Of a stretch of 32,000 nucleotides of DNA, positions 7,170-14,208 are shown piece after piece. Every line of letters begins with the position of its first letter. Position 1 is the first letter of the stretch. A program made the position numbers and the translations under genes. Under the pieces are notes generated by a model that was given only the letters and a program-made list of their open reading frames with translations, ran no database searches and was not told the DNA's origin. The stretch lies in the NCBI GenBank assembly GCA_031316235.1, contig JALDRA010000001.1, positions 90,001 to 122,000 of the forward strand, in the 5' to 3' direction. The stretch is from Candidatus Scalindua sp. GTDB taxonomy: Bacteria > Planctomycetota > Brocadiia > Brocadiales > Scalinduaceae.

Positions 7170-7372
7170 TCACGCCAGGACGCTAAGAACGCAAAGCATA
7201 AAAACTTTTAAAATCCTTTATATACATCTTTTCCTGTAAAACAATAGACGCATCAACCACAACCTTGCCTATTTCATTTTCTGTCATTCTTCTTGCGTAA
7301 AAGGTAAAATTATTTTTTTAATTTCATATCCTTTGCGTTCTCTGCGGCTTTGCGAGAAACTATTTTTTGAAA
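7170..7372. repeat. Repeat H (203 bp), containing a GxxExxY-type gene stub on the minus strand
   Basis: Reverse-complement copy at 20105-20604 (with two insertions). Partial copies at 1176-1350, 10455-10515 and 12587-12670. Confidence 0.75.
7219..7287 (-). pseudogene. GxxExxY-type (PD-(D/E)XK_3) protein, N-terminal ~21 codons only
   Basis: Own translation: MTENEIGKVVVDASIVLQEKM then junk. The MTENEI..vvDaaI.vH..lG N-terminus is characteristic of the GxxExxY family, but the GxxExxY motif itself is missing. Confidence 0.55.
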
Positions 7373-7485
7373 TAGACTCATCTCATAATGGTTTTCGGTG
7401 AAAATCCGTGAAAAAACAGAGCGGGTAAATCAGCAGCCAGGCTTTGGTTTTTAGAAAAATCTAAAACCAACTCGGTTTTAGTATA
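7373..7485 (+). mobile_element. MITE copy C8 (variant without GC hairpin)
   Basis: tagactcatctcataatggttttcggtgaaaatccgtg...cagccaggctttggtttttagaaaaatctaaaaccaactcggttttagtata. Confidence 0.8.
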
Positions 7486-7494
7486 TTGCAAACA

Positions 7495-7698
7495 TTAACA
7501 ATGATTAACATCAAAAAAATTTGCTTCTTTTCCGATGTAACGTTTCAGTTCTTCAACATCAAATTTATCATACACCCTCCACCCCCGATAATTCCTCTTC
7601 GCTTTTTTGACTTTTCCTGTTTTTTCCCACCTCTTTATAGTCCTGGGAGTTATTCCTAACTTTTTTGCTACCTCCGTGATTGTCTTCATTTTATTCAT
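7495..7698 (-). CDS. Small MerR/excisionase-type helix-turn-helix protein
   Basis: 67 aa. TITEVAKKLGITPRTIKRWEKTGKVKKAKRNYRGWRVY resembles the MerR-like HTH of excisionases and of the N-terminus of IS607-type serine recombinases. No catalytic domain follows. Confidence 0.6.
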   Translation of the reverse strand: MNKMKTITEVAKKLGITPRTIKRWEKTGKVKKAKRNYRGWRVYDKFDVEELKRYIGKEANFFDVNHC

Positions 7699-8006
7699 GA
7701 GAAAAAAACCTTTCTTTCATCACTTTACATTTTATAGAATAGGAGCTCCCCCAAAAACTTATCTGATGATCATAATCAACAAATTCATCAAAACACTTGT
7801 ATATGCTTAACAATTTCTATACCTGACCAGGTAATTAAATAGTAAATTGTCTATAACCATTTGAAAAAACAGGAGCTTAAAACTTTTACCCCTCTGGGAA
7901 CCGTTGTCAGTGTGTCTGTTTTTCTTTACACTATTTCAGTATAATTGAAATTGTGAGTCCTGGGATTGAGATGTGTGCGTTGGTTGGGAAGAGGCTATAG
8001 TACGTC

Positions 8007-8294
8007 ATGGCTGATGGCTCATGGCTGATGGTTCTGGGTTCTGGGTTCAGGGTTCAGAGGTTCGGGGTTCAGCGTTCAGAGGTTCTGGGTTCTGGGTTGA
8101 TGGCTCATGGCTCATGGCGGATAGCTCATGGTTAAGCGTTCAGAGGTTCTGGGTTCAAGGTTCAGCGTTCAGAGGTTCGAGGTTCAGGGTTCAGAGGTTC
8201 AAGGTTCTGGGTTCTGGGTTCTGGGTTCAGAGGTTCGGGGTTCAGCGTTCAGAGGTTCTGGGTTCTGGGTTCTGGGTTGATGGCTGATGGTTGA
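8007..8294 (+). repeat. Heptamer/octamer tandem array 5
   Basis: Read directly. Two GGTTCWG blocks separated by an ATGGCTCATGGCTCATGGCGGATAGCTCATGG block. Confidence 0.9.
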
Positions 8295-8297
8295 TAA

Positions 8298-8522
8298 TTA
8301 TTTCGTGATTGTTTTCTTTATTGAATTACGCCATTTACCTTCAGCAATATTTGCTGAAATTGATGTTGCGGATGATTCTAATTGTTCTATCAATCTATAA
8401 TGATTGCGATCAGAATTCATTGTATCTGCAATGCCAATAACACTCACTGCAAAATCTATAGATTTTTGCCAGACATCTAAATCTTCAAAACTAAACTTTG
8501 TTTCACACATTTTCTCCATCAT
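8298..8522 (-). CDS. Four-helix-bundle family protein, 74-aa in-frame deletion derivative (copy B4)
   Basis: Same protein as 6597-6821. Flanks 8281-8786 read identical to 6580-7085. Confidence 0.7.
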   Translation of the reverse strand: MMEKMCETKFSFEDLDVWQKSIDFAVSVIGIADTMNSDRNHYRLIEQLESSATSISANIAEGKWRNSIKKTITK

Positions 8523-8561
8523 TAACCATCAGCTATGAACTATGAGCTATCAACCATGAGC

Positions 8562-8757
8562 TCTGTGCAATCTGCGGATGAATGTTTTTAAATTTTTCTG
8601 ATAAAACGGTCTCTGCTACCGGCTGCTATAGAATTTGAAGGGACGTATCTGGTTTACCACTCTGCCTCCACCAGCAATTGAGTTTCGTCCCAAACGTATT
8701 GATTACAGGGGGAGTTCCCAATGGGCATATCGATACAGATCATGTCATTGTGAGTTT
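8562..8757. repeat. Conserved segment U (copy 3)
   Basis: Appears identical to 6861-7056. Confidence 0.8.
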
Positions 8758-8853
8758 TATACTCATCTCATAATGGTTTTCGGATAAAATCCGAGATAAA
8801 CGGAGCGAGTACAAGTCCTCGGCGTTTTTTGTCCGGGGATACCAGCAGCCAGG
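8758..8853 (+). mobile_element. MITE copy C9, 3'-truncated
   Basis: Matches C7 up to ...ggggataccagcagccagg, then diverges. Confidence 0.75.
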
Positions 8854-9171
8854 CGGCTGGTATTTGGTGAAATGGCCAATGAGCTTCTCCTATCAAGCAC
8901 ACGAGTAGTACCAAAAAGGCTTTTAGAGTCATGATACCATTTCCAATATCCAGAACTTGAAAATGCCCCGGACCATATTTCACATTCAACATAAGTTATT
9001 GGGTGGCTGAACGAAAACTGCGCGGAGAGGGAAGTTTGGGTCATGGTTGAGGTATGACAGTACCTGGTTGATTGACAGCGCTTTGTCCCAAAGCTTTCGC
9101 CCTGTACCTTGCGTCTTCAATCATAAGCCATGAGCTAATATGCCATATACCATAAGCACTTGTGCAGGCTT

Positions 9172-9684
9172 TCATATGGAAAGATCGGGGATAAGGAGAG
9201 TATCGCCAACACGTAAGATATCAGGATCTTCAATCAGATCTTTATTTGCCTCGTAAATTTCACGCCATTTTTTTGCATCCCCATAATATTTTTGTGAGAG
9301 ATTATAGAGGTTATCTTGTGAAGAGACGGTGTGCATAATCTTTTTTTTTGGATCAGCGACTACGGTTTCATGCTCCCCTTCAACTACTCTCCCTTCTTCG
9401 CTAACCATTTCGGTTCTATTTTCTGCCTTATGAACAGATACGGACTCATCCTCCTCCCCTTTTCCCTCTTTTGAAACTTCAAATTGAATAGGTAATTCGA
9501 TACGTTCCTCCATTCCGAAACCTTGAATAATCTGACTCTCTTCAATAAAATTTTCTGTGCATACTGCCTGATTCATTACGGCAGCACTATGCCCGTTTTC
9601 AGAAACTCTCATCACATGAAGAATTGCAACAACTGCCAGAGCTGCTGCTGCTAGCGCAAAACCGATCCGGCTCTCTCTTTTCAC
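9172..9684 (-). CDS. Membrane-anchored LysM-domain protein
   Basis: N-terminal hydrophobic helix (IGFALAAAALAVVAIL), acidic linker, and a C-terminal LysM-like block HTVSSQDNLYNLSQKYYGDAKKWREIYEANKDLIEDPDILRVGDTLLIP. Confidence 0.8.
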   Translation of the reverse strand: MKRESRIGFALAAAALAVVAILHVMRVSENGHSAAVMNQAVCTENFIEESQIIQGFGMEERIELPIQFEVSKEGKGEEDESVSVHKAENRTEMVSEEGRVVEGEHETVVADPKKKIMHTVSSQDNLYNLSQKYYGDAKKWREIYEANKDLIEDPDILRVGDTLLIPDLSI

Positions 9685-9748
9685 TGTAAACCCATCCTTT
9701 TCAATTTTTTACACCCCCCATATCTGCAGCTACCTATCCAACACTTGA

Positions 9749-9860
9749 TATACTCATCTCATAATGGTTTTCGGATAAAATCCGAGATAAAATTGAGCGA
9801 GTATACCTTCACCAAGATCTGGTTTCAGGTAAAACCGAAAACCAAATCGGTTTTAGTATA
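9749..9860 (+). mobile_element. MITE copy C10
   Basis: Near-identical to C6. Confidence 0.9.
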
Positions 9861-9949
9861 GTATCCGTTTATCATTTTAAAACAGGCCATAATTAATAGT
9901 GCGTAATGGACATGCCCTTTGTTATGTTCGGTAAACTTTCGTATTATAT

Positions 9950-10062
9950 TATACTCATCTTTTAATGATTTTCTGATAAATTCCGTGAAAAAACAGCACG
10001 GGTACAAGTCCTCGGCGTTTTTTGTCCGGAGATATCAGCAATCTAGCTTTGGTTTTAGTATA
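9950..10062 (+). mobile_element. MITE copy C11 (diverged GC-hairpin variant)
   Basis: tatactcatcttttaatgattttctgataaattccgtg...acaagtcctcggcgttttttgtccggagatatcagcaatctagctttggttttagtata. Confidence 0.8.
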
Positions 10063-10071
10063 TCACGCCAC

Positions 10072-10450
10072 ATGGCTGATGGCTCATAGCTGATGGTTCA
10101 GCGTTCAGGGGTTCTGGGTTCAAGGTTCAGGGTTCAGAGGTTCAGCGGTTCAAGGTTCAGAGGTTCAGGGTTCAGAGGTTCAGAGGTTCAAGGTTCAGAG
10201 TTCAGAGGTTCTGGGTTCAGGGTTCAAGGTTCAAGGTTCAAGGTTCAGGGTTCAGAGGTTCAGAGGTTCAAGGTTCTGGGTTAAGCGTTCAGGGGTTAAG
10301 CGTTCAGGGGTTCTGGGTTCTGGGTTCTGGGTTCAAGGTTCTGGGTTCAAGGTTCTGGGTTCAAGGTTCAAGGTTCTGGGTTCAAGGTTCAAGGTTCTGG
10401 GTTCAAGGTTCTGGGTTCTGGGTTCTGGGTTCAGGGTTGATGGCTCATGG
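10072..10450 (+). repeat. Heptamer/octamer tandem array 6 (longest, ~380 bp; no 4HB ORF attached)
   Basis: Read directly. Includes GGGGTTCTGGGTTCTGGGTTCTGGG at 10307-10331 and a second four-run G tract near 10413-10437. Confidence 0.9.
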
Positions 10451-10625
10451 GGTAAAGATGTAGTAGATATTCATCGCGATCTCTGCGGCTTTGCGAGAAA
10501 CTATTTTTTGATATACTTATCTGCCGGAAGATTTTAAAGAAATTACCATTCAAACATATCTTTTTACCTTCTCTTAAAATTATGGTACACTGCGGCCTTT
10601 GAAACCTTACAAACCAGGAATTTTT

Positions 10626-10988
10626 ATGTCTATTTTTTCCGTTTCTCCAAAAAAGGAGCAGGCTCTTCTTGAGCGAATGAAGCAGTTACATGTTCGTGAA
10701 GACGATATTGAAGAAAAATTTATCTCTTCTTCCGGCCCGGGAGGGCAGAAGGTGAACAAGTCATCCACCTGTGTGCAGCTTCGCCATATCCCTACAGGCT
10801 TAACAGTAAAATACCAGCGGGAGCGCTCACAATCTCTCAATCGTTTTTTTGCACGCCGCTCTCTTCTGGATGAAATAGAACGGAAAGAAAACGGTACGGT
10901 GACGGCAGAACAGAGCCGTATTGAAAAAATCAGACGTAATAAGAGAAAAAGAGCAAAACGAACAAAGGATAAATATAAAAATACCTAG
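10626..10988 (+). CDS. RF-1 (GGQ) domain protein, ArfB/ICT1-like peptidyl-tRNA hydrolase
   Basis: SGPGGQKVNKSSTCVQLRHIPTGLTVKYQRERSQSLNR is a class-I release-factor catalytic domain, and the C-terminal tail is lysine/arginine-rich. ATG at 10626 preferred over the TTG at 10599 used by the ORF track. Confidence 0.8.
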   Translation: MSIFSVSPKKEQALLERMKQLHVREDDIEEKFISSSGPGGQKVNKSSTCVQLRHIPTGLTVKYQRERSQSLNRFFARRSLLDEIERKENGTVTAEQSRIEKIRRNKRKRAKRTKDKYKNT

Positions 10989-11081
10989 CATATTTTAATG
11001 CAAGAGGTTACACTTTCCACAACGTATAGTGTCTTATTCAATAGCAGGAAGCACGTTTGATCACGAAAGGGAGAATATAGT

Positions 11082-11849
11082 ATGAAAAAGTGCATTATTT
11101 TTTCTCTGGCAAACTTAAAAGGTGGGGTTGGAAAGACCTCAATAACCGTTAATTTAGCCGGATCATTAGTAACAGACCATGAGAAAATCCTGCTTATTGA
11201 CAATGATCCCAATGGCAATCTGTCATCTCATTTCGGACTGGTAATTAACGAAGAAAGCTATACCGTGGAAGACGTCTATGTCTCGAAGAACCCTCCCGGT
11301 ATATTTGATATGGCTGCTGAAGTAAGACCCAATTTGTGGGTTCTGGCTTCCAGCCCGGGTCTGGGGAGTGTTGTTTCGTATCTATCTTCCAAACCAAACC
11401 GGGAAATGCGTCTGAAAAACTTCCTCGATAAAACAAAAAAAGAGTTTGATTATATCCTGATCGATAATCCTCCTTCTTTAAATATACTTACCATAAACTC
11501 ATTAGTAGCCTCAAACCGGGTAATTATTCCAACCCAGTTAGAAGACTTTTCGGTGGAAGGTGTACAGAAAATCAGTAAAACGATTCAGGATATTAAGAAA
11601 CAGTTTAATCCGGAATTGAAAATCCAGGGAGTGCTGCCTAATATGGTAAATGACAGAAGAAATATCAGCAGATCTGCCCGTGAAAAATTGGAGAGTTTTA
11701 AGGTTCCCATCTTTAAATCCAGTATCCGAGCCTCTGTTAAAATACCTGAAAGTGCCGAAATGTATAAACTACTTATGGAACACGGGAAAAGTTCCGCCGT
11801 TTACGGAGATATTCTGAATTTCAGAGATGAATTGCTCAGTACCCTATGA
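11082..11849 (+). CDS. ParA/Soj-family ATPase
   Basis: Deviant Walker A KGGVGKTS at residues 13-20. 255-aa length and the DNPP motif are typical. No parB adjacent. Confidence 0.85.
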   Translation: MKKCIIFSLANLKGGVGKTSITVNLAGSLVTDHEKILLIDNDPNGNLSSHFGLVINEESYTVEDVYVSKNPPGIFDMAAEVRPNLWVLASSPGLGSVVSYLSSKPNREMRLKNFLDKTKKEFDYILIDNPPSLNILTINSLVASNRVIIPTQLEDFSVEGVQKISKTIQDIKKQFNPELKIQGVLPNMVNDRRNISRSAREKLESFKVPIFKSSIRASVKIPESAEMYKLLMEHGKSSAVYGDILNFRDELLSTL

Positions 11850-11910
11850 GACAGATATGGGTTCAGGGAAATATACTTTAACGGTCCGGATGGAAAGGTT
11901 TTAGTATATC

Positions 11911-12066
11911 ATGGCTCATAGCTCATGGCTCATGGCTGATGGTTCAAGGTTCAGAGGTTCAGCGTTCAGGGTTGATGGCTGATGGCTGATGGTTCAGCGT
12001 TCAAAGGTTCTGGATTCTGGGTTCAGAGGTTCAAGGTTCAGCGTTCAGAGTTGATGGTTCAGGGTT
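11911..12066 (+). repeat. Heptamer/octamer tandem array 7
   Basis: Read directly. Preceded by a MITE right-end remnant ggttttagtata (11897-11908). Confidence 0.9.
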
Positions 12067-12564
12067 ATTTCGTAATTGTTTTCTTTATTGAATTTATGAG
12101 ACTTGAAAGTTGTTTACCTATTGTATCTCCTACTATTCGTAAATCATTAAGCTTTGAATTGGAGATCCAATTCTTTTTGTAAAATATAGTTAAAAAAGTA
12201 ATTGTTTCAAATAGTGAGCCCCGTGCAATATATAGATATTGGATGAATTCTTTTTGGAATTACGTCCTTTCCCTTCAGCAATATACTAAAACCGATTTGG
12301 TTTTCGGTTTTTCTGAAAAACAAATCTTGGTTGCAGTTATACTCGCTCCGTTTTTACTCGGATTTTATCCGAAAACTATTATGAAATGAGTATATTTGCT
12401 GAAATTGATGTTGCGGATGATTCTAATTGTTCTATCAATCTATAATGATTGCGATCAGAATTCATTGTATCTGCAATGCCAATAACACTCACTGCAAAAT
12501 CTATAGATTTTTGCCAGACATCTAAATCTTCAAAACTAAACTTTGTTTCACATATTTTCTCCAT
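12065..12564 (-). pseudogene. Four-helix-bundle gene copy B5: undeleted (129-aa) form, disrupted by a MITE and a 1-nt frameshift
   Basis: After removing 12284-12394 and adding one A to the run at 12251-12255, the minus strand reads MEKICETKF...SISANIAEGKGRNSKKEFIQYLYIARGSLFETITFLTIFYKKNWISNSKLNDLRIVGDTIGKQLSSLINSIKKTITK*. Confidence 0.75.
12284..12394 (-). mobile_element. MITE copy C12 in 4HB gene B5 (same TA as C1 and C15)
   Basis: cagcaaTA-tactaaaaccgatttgg...atgagta-TAtttgctg. Confidence 0.85.
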
Positions 12565-12586
12565 CTTTAACCATCAGCTATGAGCC

Positions 12587-12622
12587 ATCAACCACAACCT
12601 TGCCTATTTCATTTTCTGTCAT
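12587..12622 (-). pseudogene. GxxExxY-type gene stub (12 codons) fused to the upstream IR of 4HB copy B5
   Basis: Minus strand ATGACAGAAAATGAAATAGGCAAGGTTGTGGTTGATGG = MTENEIGKVVVD. Confidence 0.45.
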
Positions 12623-13344
12623 TCTTCCTGGCGATCCCTGCGGCTTTGCGAGAAACTATTTTTTGATGTAAAAAATTCAATTATCCTGTTTGCAACATCA
12701 TGTTCTCTCCCGATATAGAAGTGGTCGCACTCTTGTAAGATTTCAAGCCTCTTCGGTTCAGCCATTGCCGACACTCCTTTTTTCACTTCCTCAATAGGCG
12801 TCGCAAAATCATTGTCTGCACAAACAATGTACTTAGGTTTCGTACAGTCAGCTAAGACATGAGTCTTAAACCTGCCGAATGGTAAAGAGATGAGTGCAAA
12901 TGAGCGGATCCTCTCATGCCGTGCACTGAGCATCATTGCAACTATTGCGCCAAATGAATATCCAACAGCATATATCACGTCTGAGCCGGTGACTGATTCA
13001 AGAAATTCCAGTGCCGCAGATGCATCCGCTAATGCGTCCGCGTAATCATCATTATTCAAGACATCTTCCCAGTAATTGTATTGTTCAGCGACATTCTCAA
13101 AACAGCTTTCGCTCTTACCGACACCGCAATAGTTAAACCGTAATGTGACAAACTCTCTCTCTGCAGATTCGCTGGCAAGTGTTGTAATTACATTATTATC
13201 CATATCACCACCAAGATGGGGATGGGGCGGACATAAGAGGAGTGCCGGAGGATTAATGACCTCTTCATCATAAGAGATAATCCCCTCTACCTTCATACCT
13301 CCTGATTTGAAATAGACGTGCTCCTCAATCATTACAATCAGCAT
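12619..13344 (-). CDS. Alpha/beta hydrolase (COG2945-like); the ORF track extends it to 13440
   Basis: PPHPHLGGDMDNNV, RFNYCGVGKSE and the nucleophile elbow GYSFGA. The last 15 codons (SKNSFSQSRRDRQEE*) are encoded by repeat H sequence. Start chosen at MLIVMIEEH by family length; no clear SD at any candidate start. Confidence 0.75.
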   Translation of the reverse strand: MLIVMIEEHVYFKSGGMKVEGIISYDEEVINPPALLLCPPHPHLGGDMDNNVITTLASESAEREFVTLRFNYCGVGKSESCFENVAEQYNYWEDVLNNDDYADALADASAALEFLESVTGSDVIYAVGYSFGAIVAMMLSARHERIRSFALISLPFGRFKTHVLADCTKPKYIVCADNDFATPIEEVKKGVSAMAEPKRLEILQECDHFYIGREHDVANRIIEFFTSKNSFSQSRRDRQEE

Positions 13345-13529
13345 TCGAGACTGTTTTCTGCGGCCCAGATAAAAGAGAATTTGACGATTGCCCTCCAATC
13401 CGTTTTCACAGAGTAATACTGTACCGGAAAACAGATACATGGAATAAAAACTGAAAATTCAGATATGGCAACAGAAAACCAGACCCGTGGTTTTACGAAA
13501 GGCTTAACTCCCGGTTTGCTCACAACCTC

Positions 13530-13667
13530 TTAGCCGGAACCTTTACCTCTTCCTTCTGTAGTATATAAATAGGTTGCACTATCGATCCAGATCAAAACCA
13601 CAAGGATTGGCACTAAAAAATAACAAGCCAACCGGTATATTTTCCCTAACTTCCTGGTGTTATGCAT
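13530..13667 (-). CDS. Small (45-aa) membrane protein, hypothetical
   Basis: MHNTRKLGKIYRLACYFLVPILVVLIWIDSATYLYTTEGRGKGSG. The ATG is preceded by aaaaaggagtgttacca (strong SD, 8-nt spacing). One TM helix. Confidence 0.4.
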   Translation of the reverse strand: MHNTRKLGKIYRLACYFLVPILVVLIWIDSATYLYTTEGRGKGSG

Positions 13668-13802
13668 TGGTAACACTCCTTTTTGATTAAGGTGAAAAAT
13701 ATTTGATCCTGCCAATGTGTCTCCCTGTTATTCACGAAGATTTATTATTGCTTTTGTTATTTAACCTGTCAATCATAAAAAGAAGAGAGTATAATCCTTG
13801 TT

Positions 13803-13856
13803 TATACGCATCGCATAATGGTTTTGAGAAAAATATAAAACCAAATCGTTTTCATA
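13803..13856 (+). mobile_element. MITE copy C13, degenerate with internal deletion
   Basis: tatacgcatcgcataatggttttgagaaaaatataaaaccaaatcgttttcata. Confidence 0.5.
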
Positions 13857-13874
13857 AAGTTTGAAAAGATCATC

Positions 13875-14171
13875 ATGATAACCAATCCTGATTGGCGTAA
13901 GCCGACATCAAAACCACTCTTCCATCAATTCTCTCTCGACTGTATTGATAAGCTGGAATACTTCCAGAAAAAACTTAGTGAGAGGAAAAGTGATGAAAAA
14001 GCCTGTCTCAAAGAGTTGGAACAGATGCTCTCCAGGGAAATTAAGAGAGCCGACTTCCTCGCCTTCGCTTTAAAGAACTATACCGAACTGCTCTCCTATA
14101 TTGCTTCAGGAAAAGTCTGCATCAGGATTCACAGAGACGAAGCAGGAATGATATGGTTTGGGGTAGGTTAA
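13875..14171 (+). CDS. Hypothetical protein (98 aa)
   Basis: Unique-sequence ORF with no repeat content. No family recognised. Confidence 0.45.
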   Translation: MITNPDWRKPTSKPLFHQFSLDCIDKLEYFQKKLSERKSDEKACLKELEQMLSREIKRADFLAFALKNYTELLSYIASGKVCIRIHRDEAGMIWFGVG

Positions 14172-14208
14172 TACCAGATAATGTTTTATACCCACTGCAA
14201 AATGATTT

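Noticed and set aside
8021-8287. Plus-strand ORFs running through the heptamer arrays (3215-3415, 4915-5286 in part, 8021-8287, 10093-10284, 11982-12182), encoding GSGFWVQGSEV-type low-complexity peptides
   Set aside because: These ORFs are open only because the 7-8 nt repeat units lack stop codons in that frame. They have no start context or RBS, and the peptide periodicity mirrors the DNA repeat.
8763-9044. Overlapping 93-aa and 74-aa minus-strand ORFs between MITE C9 and the LysM gene
   Set aside because: They start or end in MITE sequence, no family is recognisable, and the two overlap in different frames. The region may be a gene relic, but I cannot support a call.
10307-10331. Telomere-like repeat (GGGTTCT)
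   Set aside because: The resemblance to G-rich telomeric heptamers is superficial. The arrays are internal, interspersed with genes and mixed with non-G3 units. Only the G-quadruplex potential is kept as an observation.
10072-10450. Possible CRISPR array
   Set aside because: The period is 7-8 nt with no unique spacers and no cas genes. This is a micro/minisatellite.
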